Source: a virus | Length of the DNA stretch: 64,000 nucleotides | Virus record (IMG/VR): IMGVR_UViG_3300031603_000001 | Coordinates: 133,959-197,958 of that record | Direction: 5' to 3' (one strand) | Shown here: positions 1 through 10,117 of the stretch, one piece after another | How the letters are laid out: the number at the start of each line of letters is the position of its first letter | How positions within the stretch are numbered: position 1 is the first letter of the stretch | Program-made: the position numbers and the translations under genes | Notes under the pieces: generated by a model | Seen by the model: only the letters and a program-made list of their open reading frames with translations | Databases searched by the model: none | Told to the model about the DNA's origin: nothing

Positions 1-135
1 CAATAGGATCGGTAGTATGAATACCAGTCCCATAATGATTATAGTCCCAACGCGCGGTTTCACCGTTCCATCTGTACCAACATGTAATTTGCATTGGAAA
101 TGCCCCTACGGCTGAATATTCTCTTCCGTATACCC

Positions 136-369
136 CTAGTCTTTAAAGAACTGAGGTAACTCATCAGAAAGTTCAGGTTCTGGATTATCACCGTGCTTAG
201 AGCAACTGGGATAAATACATTCACCCTTTTCGTTAACTGCAGTAGGTCCGCAGCCTTCACATAGACAATCGTATCCGTATCCGGGTTTAGCAACTTCGTC
301 AAATGTAGGATAATCTGGACGGTCTTCACCAAACATTCCATCAGAACATTGTTTACACCATTCAGCCAT
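136..369 (-). CDS. small Cys-rich hypothetical protein
   Basis: 77-aa ORF with CxxC/CxCxxC motifs, co-oriented with neighbours. Confidence 0.7.
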   Translation of the reverse strand: MAEWCKQCSDGMFGEDRPDYPTFDEVAKPGYGYDCLCEGCGPTAVNEKGECIYPSCSKHGDNPEPELSDELPQFFKD

Positions 370-374
370 AATTC

Positions 375-671
375 TTATTCCATTTCTATAATATCCCAGC
401 CACCTAATAGGCCGGAATCTGGGTTATAAACACCTTTAACTTCGGACATTTCTACAGTTATCTTCACCTTCAAGAAAACAGGAGGATCCATGTCTTCCAC
501 AACATATCCTATCATATCCTCTGTAAATAAAGGACTAATGTCAGATTCATGTTCACCATTACCTAATTGAACTTCTGTTAAAAAAGGTGCACAACTCTGT
601 CTAGTAGTAATTATATGATCTAATGTGGTTCTAAGATCATTACTATAACCTATTAATGTCCTGGTTTGCAA
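375..671 (-). CDS. hypothetical protein
   Basis: 98-aa ORF abutting the RNA ligase stop. Confidence 0.7.
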   Translation of the reverse strand: MQTRTLIGYSNDLRTTLDHIITTRQSCAPFLTEVQLGNGEHESDISPLFTEDMIGYVVEDMDPPVFLKVKITVEMSEVKGVYNPDSGLLGGWDIIEME

Positions 672-1907
672 CTAATCACCGTGTTTCAGTAAGTATCTAT
701 TACTGATAGCCTTAAAGCTCATTACATTGTTATGCACAACGTCTTCGCATTTGAATACTACGCCTTCGGCCCATACCTTTGGATTGATCGTAGACTTGAT
801 TTGTACAGCCTGTAGGATTTCATCCATTGACATAAGGACAGGACGCTGAAGTACACCGTACAAAGACGGAACTCTTCGCATCATAGGAGCACCAAGTGCT
901 TCCGCACTCTTAGCAAAGAAAGAGAAGTAAGCATCACGTTCTTTAGGAGTGCAGTACCGACCTTCGGCAATAAGATACACGTTAAATAGAAACAACTCTT
1001 GTTCTTCAAGACCAAGAGGATTACTTTGAATACCTTGACCTGCTAATTCACCTTGAATAGCTATGTCTGCGCTGAGCTCGCTGTTTAAAGCAAGGTCTTT
1101 TACAATAGCAGCTAGCTTATACTTCTTCGCGGCTTTTGTATAGGCATTATCAACTTCAGGAGAGATTTCGTAGTTACGACTGCATACTCCCATTTCGCCA
1201 TTGAAACGATAGAATGATAAACTAGTACCATCTATCTTTTCAGTAGCTTCGTATTGTAAATCCGTAGCACTGCCAGGAACTGTATTCAATATCTTAGGAA
1301 GATTCTGAATACGCTCTTCGTCAGTCTTGGGAAAGAAGTGAGGCTTACGCCCTTCTACTTTACCCCCAAGATTGGCGGGTATTGGTGGATCCCATTTAGT
1401 AACATTGAGAATAGAAGTAACATCTTCGCCGACAACGTCAGCTTTGTTGTACACTACCCCTTCAATGCCAGGATCAATACCCATAACTCTATTAATCATT
1501 CCGAGGAATAGACCAACAGGCAGGAGTAGTCCTTGACTGAGTTGCTTACGCATTTTCATTGTACGAAGACGAAAGCCTTCGGTACCATCAGTAGTCTTCT
1601 TGTAACTTGACTTACGTAAGAACTCGTATTTCTCTTCAATAGGTAAGAAGGAATCGATTTCAAAGTATACGGCCAAATGTCCTACTTCGAACTCTCCCTT
1701 TTTAACAATACATTGCCAACCGTCTACCTTCGCAATCTCAATAAAATCAGCACCTTCAATAGGTTCGATTGATTTGATTATACGTAGAGTAGCCAGCTTT
1801 CGGGATTCTTCATTCAGCTTTTCCGGAACAGGTTCAACAATAATACCATCATTGAGCATTGTTAAATAAAGCTCATCTTCAATACTGTTCCAATTTACTT
1901 GAGTCAT
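672..1907 (-). CDS. ATP-dependent RNA ligase, DRB0094/Rnl5 family
   Basis: N-terminal RKLATLRIIKSIEPIEGADFIEIAKVDGWQCIVKK module, motif I EKIDGTS, IQGELAG, EGVVFK, SFKAIS; start moved to ATG 1907 (GGAG upstream, removes overlap). Confidence 0.92.
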   Translation of the reverse strand: MTQVNWNSIEDELYLTMLNDGIIVEPVPEKLNEESRKLATLRIIKSIEPIEGADFIEIAKVDGWQCIVKKGEFEVGHLAVYFEIDSFLPIEEKYEFLRKSSYKKTTDGTEGFRLRTMKMRKQLSQGLLLPVGLFLGMINRVMGIDPGIEGVVYNKADVVGEDVTSILNVTKWDPPIPANLGGKVEGRKPHFFPKTDEERIQNLPKILNTVPGSATDLQYEATEKIDGTSLSFYRFNGEMGVCSRNYEISPEVDNAYTKAAKKYKLAAIVKDLALNSELSADIAIQGELAGQGIQSNPLGLEEQELFLFNVYLIAEGRYCTPKERDAYFSFFAKSAEALGAPMMRRVPSLYGVLQRPVLMSMDEILQAVQIKSTINPKVWAEGVVFKCEDVVHNNVMSFKAISNRYLLKHGD

Positions 1908-1926
1908 TTGTATCTCCAGTTTAATA

Positions 1927-2988
1927 TTAGAACGGAGCTTCTTCCATCTCGTCGAATGGACCTTCAGCTTCATTCTTTCCGCCAAATAGACACTCTTTGC
2001 CTTCCCAATTAGGGAACTTTTGACATTTCTTGATATCATCACTCAATGTTTCTAGAGTATAGCCAAGTGTATTTAATCCCTCTAAGCGCCTTTTCAGGGC
2101 TTTAGATTCTGTAGTATGCCGGTCATAAGGACCAAAGCATTGATTTACAGTAAATTGCTTAGAATTGTTATCATACACTACTTGCCCAATTGCGGATCCA
2201 TGGCGTACAAACCATTCTAATGATTCATAATGATTAACATAAGAACCAAGACAATGATGGAATAAACTTCCATACTTGATCATATCATGTGTATTTGTAA
2301 TCCATTCATTAACGCTGACCTTATTCCGCATCCGCTTAGGCGCAGGTGTCATATAATGAAAGGCTTTATTAGCCATTTTAGGGTCAATTGCATAAGATAT
2401 CTCATGTAATCTATCTGCAATATCAAAGAGATTAGCAATGGATTGTGCAGTATTGAACTTAGCACGAAGCTTAGTTAATTCTGCAATAAGAGCAGGTTCT
2501 AGTGGATTTACTAAATCAGGATCATCGATTACTTCATCAAATTGAATATGCATATCTCTGGCATCTTTAATATGGGTGATAATATCACTCCACATATTCA
2601 TTCCATAGCCTTTGGACCCGTACCTACGTTGTCCGCGGGTAATTGACTTACGTAAACTACCAATGGTGAAAGTTACCTGATCAAACAATTCTGGAAGAAT
2701 CTGTGATACAGCTAAAATAGCACGATGTTGTGCAGTATCAGGATGTTTAATTAACAAATCAATAAGATTATTATTGGCATTAACCGCGCCTACAGCGGTA
2801 AACTCTTGACGTCTTATACTTCTATTAATCATAATATAAGATAGTCTATCCAGATTTACCCCGTTCATACGTTTTCGTAGAGTAGCTATACGTTTTTGTT
2901 GCCTATGTTTTGAACGTACTAACAATCCCCAAGGATCTGCTAAAGTAAGTTCACTTATTGCATTATAGCTAAAATGGTTGAATGTCAT
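1927..2988 (-). CDS. PcfJ-like domain protein with acidic ...EEAPF tail
   Basis: C-terminal DMIKYGSLFHHCLGSY...VNQCFGPYD resembles the PcfJ HCVGSY signature. Confidence 0.65.
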   Translation of the reverse strand: MTFNHFSYNAISELTLADPWGLLVRSKHRQQKRIATLRKRMNGVNLDRLSYIMINRSIRRQEFTAVGAVNANNNLIDLLIKHPDTAQHRAILAVSQILPELFDQVTFTIGSLRKSITRGQRRYGSKGYGMNMWSDIITHIKDARDMHIQFDEVIDDPDLVNPLEPALIAELTKLRAKFNTAQSIANLFDIADRLHEISYAIDPKMANKAFHYMTPAPKRMRNKVSVNEWITNTHDMIKYGSLFHHCLGSYVNHYESLEWFVRHGSAIGQVVYDNNSKQFTVNQCFGPYDRHTTESKALKRRLEGLNTLGYTLETLSDDIKKCQKFPNWEGKECLFGGKNEAEGPFDEMEEAPF

Positions 2989-4459
2989 TTTCGTAATCCG
3001 CCTCTACTGTATTAATTGCCACTGGCTCGTTAGTCCTCGTCGTAGTCCCTTTTACCGTACTTTCGTCAAGTTTATACATGACTTCAGTAAATTCAGGAAG
3101 AAGTGTTTCAGCAGACATTTGCAAAGCATATTCTTCGTACAATTTACTATTAAATTGCTTTAGCCCGAAGTGCATAGCAATGCCCAGTGTTCCTACTATG
3201 CATTTAGCGTCATATCCCGCATACGGGATAGTTTTATGCTGTTCACGTTGGTTTTCATACTGTTTCCTAACTTTAACACGCTTACTGCCAGGTGTCCAAC
3301 TCTTCCACAAAGCTTTATCTATCTGTACCTTGTCAGGACTATTAGCATATATCTGTTGCATAACATTAATACCTACAGCTGTGAATAATGACTTGAAGTT
3401 CTTATTCAGGAACCTGTGGATAAATCTACGCGGTAAAGTGGGGTTATCGCCCTCAATATTAATACCATTGTGCAATGCATCAGCGTAATACTGCTGAAAG
3501 AGGGTACCGGCAACTTCGTTATAAACACCAGATGGGTCTTTGATAGCCTCATGATTCGGAATCTCAAAGTTTCCCCACTTGTTTTCTTTAGGATACACTC
3601 CCATATTCTCATACATGCAGTCTAAGAACAGACTAAGCATGCGTTGCATAGGTGGTTCGTTAGTAGTACCAAATATTGAGTAAGGACCTTGTACTAAATC
3701 TTCTTGAATAACTATACCAGTAATTGCATAAGTGCCGGGGTCACTTCCGTAGTTCTTCTCTTCAATAATCTTTATAGGAACAATATAGTGCTCACCTCGT
3801 CGTACATTAGTATAAACTCTATGTGCCACATAACTTTGTGTATTACCACTCCAACCCGTTCCGTTATCACGCTTAGGGTTTTGCTTGCTAGATTTCATGA
3901 ATGGTAAATACCATACAAAACTACCAGCAGGGTATTGTAATAATGGTAAATTACCGAACTTAGTACTAGGCACGGGAATTACGTTATATTTACCACAGAC
4001 ACTGCCACGGCAAAAGTATCTCAAAAACTTATAGTCGCTTTTGAAAGCGGATCTATGCAAACGATGTGCTATAGATAGCTCGTTACTAAACGTTTTCGGC
4101 GTATGTGTACCTAAAGCCTCTTGAATACGAGTCGTTTCTTGTTTCTTATTGGTATAATACAATCCCATAGGACTAAGTTTACGTACAGTCTCCTCTAGAG
4201 TGCGTACCATATCCATATCTGGGTAATAAAGATCTAGCTTACGCTTTCCTTCATAGTACTCTCCTTTAAGAGTATCCCAAACACGTTCTTCTTGTTGATA
4301 AACAACTTTCAGGTGCTCAACGACCATACCAATAGAATTACCTGTACCATTTTGTATAGCAGTAACAATACGTTTTGTGGTACCACTATCGTTGTGGCCG
4401 GATTCCATATAAAGAAGATTACCACGAAGGGTCTTTAAACGTTTACCTATCTTTTCCAT
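2969..4459 (-). CDS. hypothetical protein with acidic ...DIQPF tail
   Basis: 496-aa ORF, no recognised domain. Confidence 0.75.
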   Translation of the reverse strand: MEKIGKRLKTLRGNLLYMESGHNDSGTTKRIVTAIQNGTGNSIGMVVEHLKVVYQQEERVWDTLKGEYYEGKRKLDLYYPDMDMVRTLEETVRKLSPMGLYYTNKKQETTRIQEALGTHTPKTFSNELSIAHRLHRSAFKSDYKFLRYFCRGSVCGKYNVIPVPSTKFGNLPLLQYPAGSFVWYLPFMKSSKQNPKRDNGTGWSGNTQSYVAHRVYTNVRRGEHYIVPIKIIEEKNYGSDPGTYAITGIVIQEDLVQGPYSIFGTTNEPPMQRMLSLFLDCMYENMGVYPKENKWGNFEIPNHEAIKDPSGVYNEVAGTLFQQYYADALHNGINIEGDNPTLPRRFIHRFLNKNFKSLFTAVGINVMQQIYANSPDKVQIDKALWKSWTPGSKRVKVRKQYENQREQHKTIPYAGYDAKCIVGTLGIAMHFGLKQFNSKLYEEYALQMSAETLLPEFTEVMYKLDESTVKGTTTRTNEPVAINTVEADYENDIQPF

Positions 4460-4532
4460 TAGTATTACCTTTTAAGCTTTTTAATCATTTCCTCAGCGAA
4501 ACCAGCACGCTCGTAGCGTTGTTCTGGATATC

Positions 4533-4754
4533 TTATTCAGAAAACGGTGATACAGCACCGTCTAAAGCGAGTACTGAACCTATGGGAACACCATAACCGA
4601 CATGCCCATCAGGCATTAATGCCACATGATGAAATACAAATGGTAGTTTTGAAGCATTCTCGATTTGAATCATCATATCAGGCTCTGCAAGATAATCAAG
4701 CTTTGGTATGTAACTGTACACAGGGACTCCGCCCTCTGGTTTACACTTGTACAT
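4533..4754 (-). pseudogene. rtcB: N-terminal fragment of RtcB tRNA-splicing ligase
   Basis: HVALMPDGHVGYGVPIGSVLALDGAVSP matches the RtcB MPDxHxGxGxPIG motif; stops before the VGxDIGCG motif; no continuation in the other two frames. Confidence 0.8.
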
Positions 4755-4998
4755 GATCCGTTTCCTTTTCTACATACTTACGAATTAACTTAAAGATCTC
4801 TGGGATATTAGTTAAATGAAGCTCCTTGCCGATCTTAACAGGTTCGAATGCAATAGTAAATCCATGATTACCACGGAACTTCTCAGTAACCTTTACTCCA
4901 TTGATCTTATCAAGATAAATCCATGGATAATTACCTACGAGTTCAACTTTTATATCTAGCTTAGCTAGATGTGTTACAAAGGACTTTAGTTTACTCAT
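4741..4998 (-). CDS. phage hypothetical protein
   Basis: 85 aa, GNYPWIYLDKING...NHGFTIAF, coupled to neighbours. Confidence 0.7.
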   Translation of the reverse strand: MSKLKSFVTHLAKLDIKVELVGNYPWIYLDKINGVKVTEKFRGNHGFTIAFEPVKIGKELHLTNIPEIFKLIRKYVEKETDHVQV

Positions 4999-6509
4999 TA
5001 TGTAACTTTCCTTTCTACAACAGCTCCATACAAATACATATAATTACCAGGGGAGTTTCCCTTAGTGGGATAACTAAGTCGATTCACAACAGCACGTGTT
5101 GATAATCCTAATTCATTATTAAGATGAATTAGATAAGCATCCCACATCTGATCAGATTTCTCTTTTGTTATACCTAATGCATTTCTACTATTAACATTAA
5201 TTAGAAAGCCTGCAGTACCTTTTTGGGGTACCCCTTTTAGTAATAATTTACTTATACTACGAAACAATTCAGGACGCATTATCTGAGTTAAATCTAGGCT
5301 TGCAAAGAGTAAATCTTTATTAACAACAGCCTTAAACACATTAGCATGTATGGCTTTAAAAGTTCGACGATTACCTGCAATCATATTACTTTGAATTGCC
5401 ATCGTCTCTATAATTGCATATTTCTTTTTATCTAGCTCATACCAGTCAATCTGTTTAGCATTTGGAAAGTATTCCATAATACGTAAACGCTCTGATTCGG
5501 CAGATACAGAAGGTAAAGATATTACACGAGATCCTGTAGCTGTAGGCGTTAATACCTTTTCAAGCTGTGACATGACCTCATTTATAGCAATATGTCTTTT
5601 TTGATACCATGTGTACATACGCTTCTCTTCACTAAGTGGAGCAGATATTGTACGTATAGTCGCTAAATGTTGTTGACAAGCATAAAGTACTCTTGTCTTT
5701 TTAATGAGGATATCACGATTACATATGAGGCATTTTGTTAATTTTACCTCTCTGAATATTATACCAACAGTACTAGGATGTTTACATAGATAACCTATAA
5801 CAGCAGGTTGATCTTTACGTTGATAAGGTCCATTTTTCCAAGAACGATCAACGGTCACCTCAGTGTCTTTAGGCAAGACTGTTGGTTCTATTTGTACCAG
5901 AATATCTTGACGACACTCTTTACAGAATTGTTCCCTATTTAATCGTTTTTTAATATGTGCACGTTCTGTACAAAACAATCTACGTCTATTACAAGCTAGG
6001 CACTTAGGCCCTTTTTTGATAAATCTACGAGTAGGCTTTTTTCCACGCTCCTCATATATAAAAAGGTTAGACGTACGATTATCTCGATAAATAGGAGGAT
6101 GCTTTTTATATTGAATATCTAAAGCGTATTTACTTTTATCTAAAGCATATAATACACTATCCTTTATAGCCTCATCTAGTCTATAAGCCTTTGTACGTGG
6201 CCATTTAATGCGATGTTGTTTAAGTAAACTTTCCAACGCAAATTGCCCGCATTGTAATTCTTTTTGCAGATCCCTTTTCGTGGCATTTTCTGCAATACGC
6301 TTCAAAAACCAGTTCTTATCTTGACGCAATATAGTATTTGGTATAACAGGAGTAGGTCTGGAAATATTATGCATAAGTAAATAATGACGTAATGTTTTAC
6401 GGGTTACCCCAATTGTTTTTGACATTTCATACATATTAATACTTTTATCTCTAATAAGTAATAACTCGTCTTTATTTCTTAATACATGATCTTGAGATAA
6501 TATTGACAT
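4998..6509 (-). CDS. multidomain protein: N-terminal HTH, Cys-rich zinc-binding segments, possible SAM-MTase-like C-terminal domain
   Basis: MYEMSKTIGVTRKTLRHYL (HTH-like); CLAC, CKEC, CLIC pairs; RVISLPS...WYELDKK...FASLDL spacing resembles a Rossmann MTase fold. Confidence 0.5.
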   Translation of the reverse strand: MSILSQDHVLRNKDELLLIRDKSINMYEMSKTIGVTRKTLRHYLLMHNISRPTPVIPNTILRQDKNWFLKRIAENATKRDLQKELQCGQFALESLLKQHRIKWPRTKAYRLDEAIKDSVLYALDKSKYALDIQYKKHPPIYRDNRTSNLFIYEERGKKPTRRFIKKGPKCLACNRRRLFCTERAHIKKRLNREQFCKECRQDILVQIEPTVLPKDTEVTVDRSWKNGPYQRKDQPAVIGYLCKHPSTVGIIFREVKLTKCLICNRDILIKKTRVLYACQQHLATIRTISAPLSEEKRMYTWYQKRHIAINEVMSQLEKVLTPTATGSRVISLPSVSAESERLRIMEYFPNAKQIDWYELDKKKYAIIETMAIQSNMIAGNRRTFKAIHANVFKAVVNKDLLFASLDLTQIMRPELFRSISKLLLKGVPQKGTAGFLINVNSRNALGITKEKSDQMWDAYLIHLNNELGLSTRAVVNRLSYPTKGNSPGNYMYLYGAVVERKVT

Positions 6510-6533
6510 ATAGCCTCCTATTATGATTAGCTT

Positions 6534-6571
6534 AAAGAAATCCCTACACCCGGCAAAAGCAGGGCGTAGGG
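6534..6571 (-). terminator. intrinsic terminator
   Basis: GC-rich hairpin CCCTAC..GTAGGG followed by ATTTCTTT on the minus strand, just after stop at 6588. Confidence 0.7.
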
Positions 6572-6587
6572 TACAACTAGGTGAATC

Positions 6588-7361
6588 TTAGTGCTGACCT
6601 GCAGCGATCGCCAGAACCGATTTCATCTCTGTACTATTACGCAGTTCATCAAGAATAGCACGACCATTGTCGGTACCTTCCAATGCGAGAGCAGTGAACT
6701 TGGCACGAGCGGCACGTTCTAATGCTGGCATCTCTTGGAGTTGACGCTGGAGTAAGCTGATATCCGCTATGGTCTCTTCGGTTTGTTCATCGAGAGAAGT
6801 AATTTCCTCAACAAGCTTGAGTAGCTTCTTAGGAACCTTAGCAGTAGTCTGTCCGATGAGTGCAAGATTAAGAGGCTGATACTTTGTCTTAAAGATAAAG
6901 TACAACTCTTTGTGTTCTTCCAATTCTCTGAGTTTACGTGATACCTCGGAATTGATATGACCGTTAGAAATCCTATATGTATTACTGACTGCATCTATCA
7001 ATTTCTTAGTAGATGAGATAGTAACTTTATAAGAGAACTCATGTTCATCTTTATCCAGATCAGGGACTGAAAAGATTGCCTGTACTGACTTGTGAACTCC
7101 AGCATGTTCAGGTATCTTACTTTCTACAGCTTTGATTGTACCAGCATTGAGTTCCATAATCGCTTCTTCACGAAGTGATTTGAGATCCCTGATAGCTGTA
7201 CGCTTCCCTGCCATAGCCTCTTTAAGCTTATGCTCTTGTTCGACCATAATGACATTAAAGATTTCATCTTTAGTTACTACAGTTTTATCAGCGTTAAGCA
7301 TAGCCTGAAGACTTCCCATAGGTACTATGGCATTCTTCTTGTTTTTGTCTTTTTCTATCAT
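6588..7361 (-). CDS. coiled-coil hypothetical protein
   Basis: helical charged 257 aa; start at ATG 7361 with AAGGAG. Confidence 0.75.
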   Translation of the reverse strand: MIEKDKNKKNAIVPMGSLQAMLNADKTVVTKDEIFNVIMVEQEHKLKEAMAGKRTAIRDLKSLREEAIMELNAGTIKAVESKIPEHAGVHKSVQAIFSVPDLDKDEHEFSYKVTISSTKKLIDAVSNTYRISNGHINSEVSRKLRELEEHKELYFIFKTKYQPLNLALIGQTTAKVPKKLLKLVEEITSLDEQTEETIADISLLQRQLQEMPALERAARAKFTALALEGTDNGRAILDELRNSTEMKSVLAIAAGQH

Positions 7362-8359
7362 TTGGTCTCCTTGACCTTTAGGTAGATTAGGCGTTCCTTC
7401 TCTAACCATTGATAAACGGAAGGATTCTCTTTAGCGAAAGCCTTTTTCATAGGCTTATTCCGTTTAAATATTAAGTAAGCACGCATTGCGTTTTTGAAAT
7501 CTCCCATGGTACGGTATCTATCCCTTTTCCATGTAGATATCTGTTTTGTAAATTTATTATTAACACTAAGAAGCGTATCTATAATAGTTTGATATCCCGC
7601 ATAGTGACTAGCACGGTACCCGCAGGTGTTAACATTTACACCAGTAACTCCTAAAGAATTTGTAAAGCTTAATATAGCTAAACGTGGTATTTGATCTGTA
7701 ATACCACGAAGATCCCTAAACACAGGGTTTAGCAGCCTCAGTATATTACTAGCAGTAGGATTATTTCTCTCAGCTTTTTCTTCATTCAATTGATGTCTTT
7801 TCTCAAGACGTTCGGCTTCTTTGTTAATATTAAGAGTCTTACGACGCGTAGTTAATGACTTCATCCTAGCATTAAATCTATCAGGAGTGAAATTACCATG
7901 TTGATCGAAGTAGCAACGTACATCATCCGGTAGCCCACGTGTAGGATACACCTTACCATTGTATAACTTATACTTGAATTCAGGATCAGCATCATGCCTC
8001 TTAACCAAAGCGTCTATCATATCAGGACGAAACCCTCTTTTACTAATTAAAGCAATATCATATCCTGGATAGGCTATACGACTAAGCAGTGTGTCTATCC
8101 TATGAGTAGCAGTTATCCCTTGCTCAAGTTCATCTTGATCACGTGCCATAAGGAATGCAACATTTGATATAATCAAATCCGGAATAAACTTCTTAGGTAC
8201 ATTCCAGTACATATCTTTTTGCCACTTAACAGCTTCTTTGTATCTGTAGCCTATTGAATGTATCATCTGCTCGTTGAACGTATCTTCCTCTACAGTCTTA
8301 AGATTTATCCAATACTCAGATATGAAAGGCTCCCTTATTGAATCATAGTAATAGCGCAT
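7358..8359 (-). CDS. hypothetical protein
   Basis: 333-aa ORF with AAGGAG upstream. Confidence 0.75.
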   Translation of the reverse strand: MRYYYDSIREPFISEYWINLKTVEEDTFNEQMIHSIGYRYKEAVKWQKDMYWNVPKKFIPDLIISNVAFLMARDQDELEQGITATHRIDTLLSRIAYPGYDIALISKRGFRPDMIDALVKRHDADPEFKYKLYNGKVYPTRGLPDDVRCYFDQHGNFTPDRFNARMKSLTTRRKTLNINKEAERLEKRHQLNEEKAERNNPTASNILRLLNPVFRDLRGITDQIPRLAILSFTNSLGVTGVNVNTCGYRASHYAGYQTIIDTLLSVNNKFTKQISTWKRDRYRTMGDFKNAMRAYLIFKRNKPMKKAFAKENPSVYQWLEKERLIYLKVKETK

Positions 8360-8675
8360 TATCCTTCTCCTTCTGTATAGCTACAGGCAGTGCGTACTTT
8401 CGGAATGCTTGATTGATATCAGCAGTGTATAACACATAGTTTGTACTTTGCTGAGCTATGTAATCAATTAGAAAGTGAACATAACGCTCTGCTTGGTACT
8501 CAGAGTTTAATATAATTAAACTAAATTGCTTACGTCCTTTGCCGACTGTGTATATAAACCACCGGTCGTCGTTAGGCTTTTTAGAGGGAACTACCTCAAG
8601 CTCTAACATATTAACATTAATATACGTTCTTGGGATTAACCCATGTGTGGGTATCATCCCTGCGATAAACTTCAT
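8343..8675 (-). CDS. hypothetical protein
   Basis: 110-aa coupled ORF. Confidence 0.65.
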   Translation of the reverse strand: MKFIAGMIPTHGLIPRTYINVNMLELEVVPSKKPNDDRWFIYTVGKGRKQFSLIILNSEYQAERYVHFLIDYIAQQSTNYVLYTADINQAFRKYALPVAIQKEKDNALLL

Positions 8676-9253
8676 TATATTTTACCTTCCTTTATGACTT
8701 CCCAGGCTTCATCATACGTAAGGTGTACTTCAGGTAGGAATTGCATTGAGTTTGACACTACGTAAGAGTGCCAGATGTACAGGATTTTACCATCTATCTC
8801 TCTAGCTCGTTTATTATTCTCAAAAAGAGCTATCTTATTACCACGAAATGATGTTTCATGAGCAAGCCCTACTGTAACAGCGCTTAACTCCTCAAGAGAA
8901 GTCCAAGCGTCTTCAACAGGGTTGTACCATTTGTTTCCAAATAGACTTCGTACAGCAAATAGCTGTTTGTTGTCTACTTTGAAAGTAATAGCAGCCCGTG
9001 CTCCATCAAGGAGCATAACTGAAGTTTTAGGCATGATTCCTACGTACGGGAGTTTGCCTGTAGGAACATTCTCCTTCCAAACAACTACTTCGTGTTCATT
9101 ACCATCTTCTGTAGCTACAGGCATGGCCTTTAAAGTCTGCTCATACCCTTGTACCCGTACAGATGGGCGCCCTGAGACTAGAGTGAACGGCCCAACAACT
9201 GTCTCGCTAGCATACTCTCGTGCGCCATCAATAGGCTTGAGCAAATCATTCAT
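8675..9253 (-). CDS. hypothetical protein
   Basis: 192-aa coupled ORF. Confidence 0.7.
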   Translation of the reverse strand: MNDLLKPIDGAREYASETVVGPFTLVSGRPSVRVQGYEQTLKAMPVATEDGNEHEVVVWKENVPTGKLPYVGIMPKTSVMLLDGARAAITFKVDNKQLFAVRSLFGNKWYNPVEDAWTSLEELSAVTVGLAHETSFRGNKIALFENNKRAREIDGKILYIWHSYVVSNSMQFLPEVHLTYDEAWEVIKEGKI

Positions 9254-9744
9254 CTGTTTTTACGTTTCGACTTCTTAGAAGCTTTCTTCTTTTTGTTACG
9301 CTTCGTACGTTGTGTGGTAACTTTGGTCTTCTTCTGAGCATAATACTGCACAGCCTTCAGATCCAAGATAGATTTACGTATTTGCTGAGGTTTATACCCT
9401 TGTTGGGCTAAATCAACACCATAGTTAATGAGATCCTCAGGATGCCAACCCTTCTTAACGCCATGTAACATAACGCCTTTGATAATCTGAGCAACCTTCT
9501 CCCGTAGAGTAGGCTCTTTCTCATCACCGGCAGGATAGTTAACATCCGCCTGTTCTACGACTTTAGCATCTTCCAATTCTTCGGATTCTTCAAGTAGCTC
9601 TTCGACATCATGGATCTCTCCATCTACAATGATAGAATCTGTTGGATCAAAGTCCTCAGTGTTTAGTACTATATCAGCTTTCTCTACAGCAGTAGCCAAC
9701 GTGATTTCTTCTGTATTTAACGCATCTAATTGTTCATCGTGCAT
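9250..9744 (-). CDS. acidic protein with basic C-terminal tail
   Basis: D/E-rich N-half, ends KRNKKKKASKKSKRKNR; start at ATG 9744 (AGGA). Confidence 0.7.
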   Translation of the reverse strand: MHDEQLDALNTEEITLATAVEKADIVLNTEDFDPTDSIIVDGEIHDVEELLEESEELEDAKVVEQADVNYPAGDEKEPTLREKVAQIIKGVMLHGVKKGWHPEDLINYGVDLAQQGYKPQQIRKSILDLKAVQYYAQKKTKVTTQRTKRNKKKKASKKSKRKNR

Positions 9745-10117
9745 TCTGTATTCCTGACTGAACGGTAAGACCATTCATATATTCTCTCAATTTATTAACC
9801 AAGTTACCTTCGTTGTGATTATACACATCCCAGATATCCCAGGTTCGTAAAGGAACACTAGGTCCCTTATACTTTCGGTTATTCCTCATACTGGGGAATT
9901 TCTTTTGCAAAGCACGTCGTATATCATCCTTCATTACGACAACCACATCAGCCCAGTACAAGTCTATGACTGTAACAGGGTTGAGGGCGTTTTTATCAGT
10001 ACCCCCATAGCGACCTTCGTAACCAGGATACTCCAGGTTAACCAGCTCTGCAGCGGTGCGCGAGCGAATCTTTCCTTGCAAGCAAACAAAGAGGATTCTT
10101 ATAGGTTCTTTAAGCAT
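9734..10117 (-). CDS. low-molecular-weight protein-tyrosine phosphatase-like protein
   Basis: RILFVCLQGKIRS (CX5RS P-loop), GT..A..PV...L.WADVVVVM; start at ATG 10117. Confidence 0.85.
   Translation of the reverse strand: MLKEPIRILFVCLQGKIRSRTAAELVNLEYPGYEGRYGGTDKNALNPVTVIDLYWADVVVVMKDDIRRALQKKFPSMRNNRKYKGPSVPLRTWDIWDVYNHNEGNLVNKLREYMNGLTVQSGIQNAR

Noticed and set aside
4460-4545. Programmed frameshift or readthrough rescuing RtcB
   Set aside because: Readthrough gives DIQNNATSVLVSLRK-stop, +1 gives an unrelated 16-codon tail, -1 stops at once; none contains DIGCG
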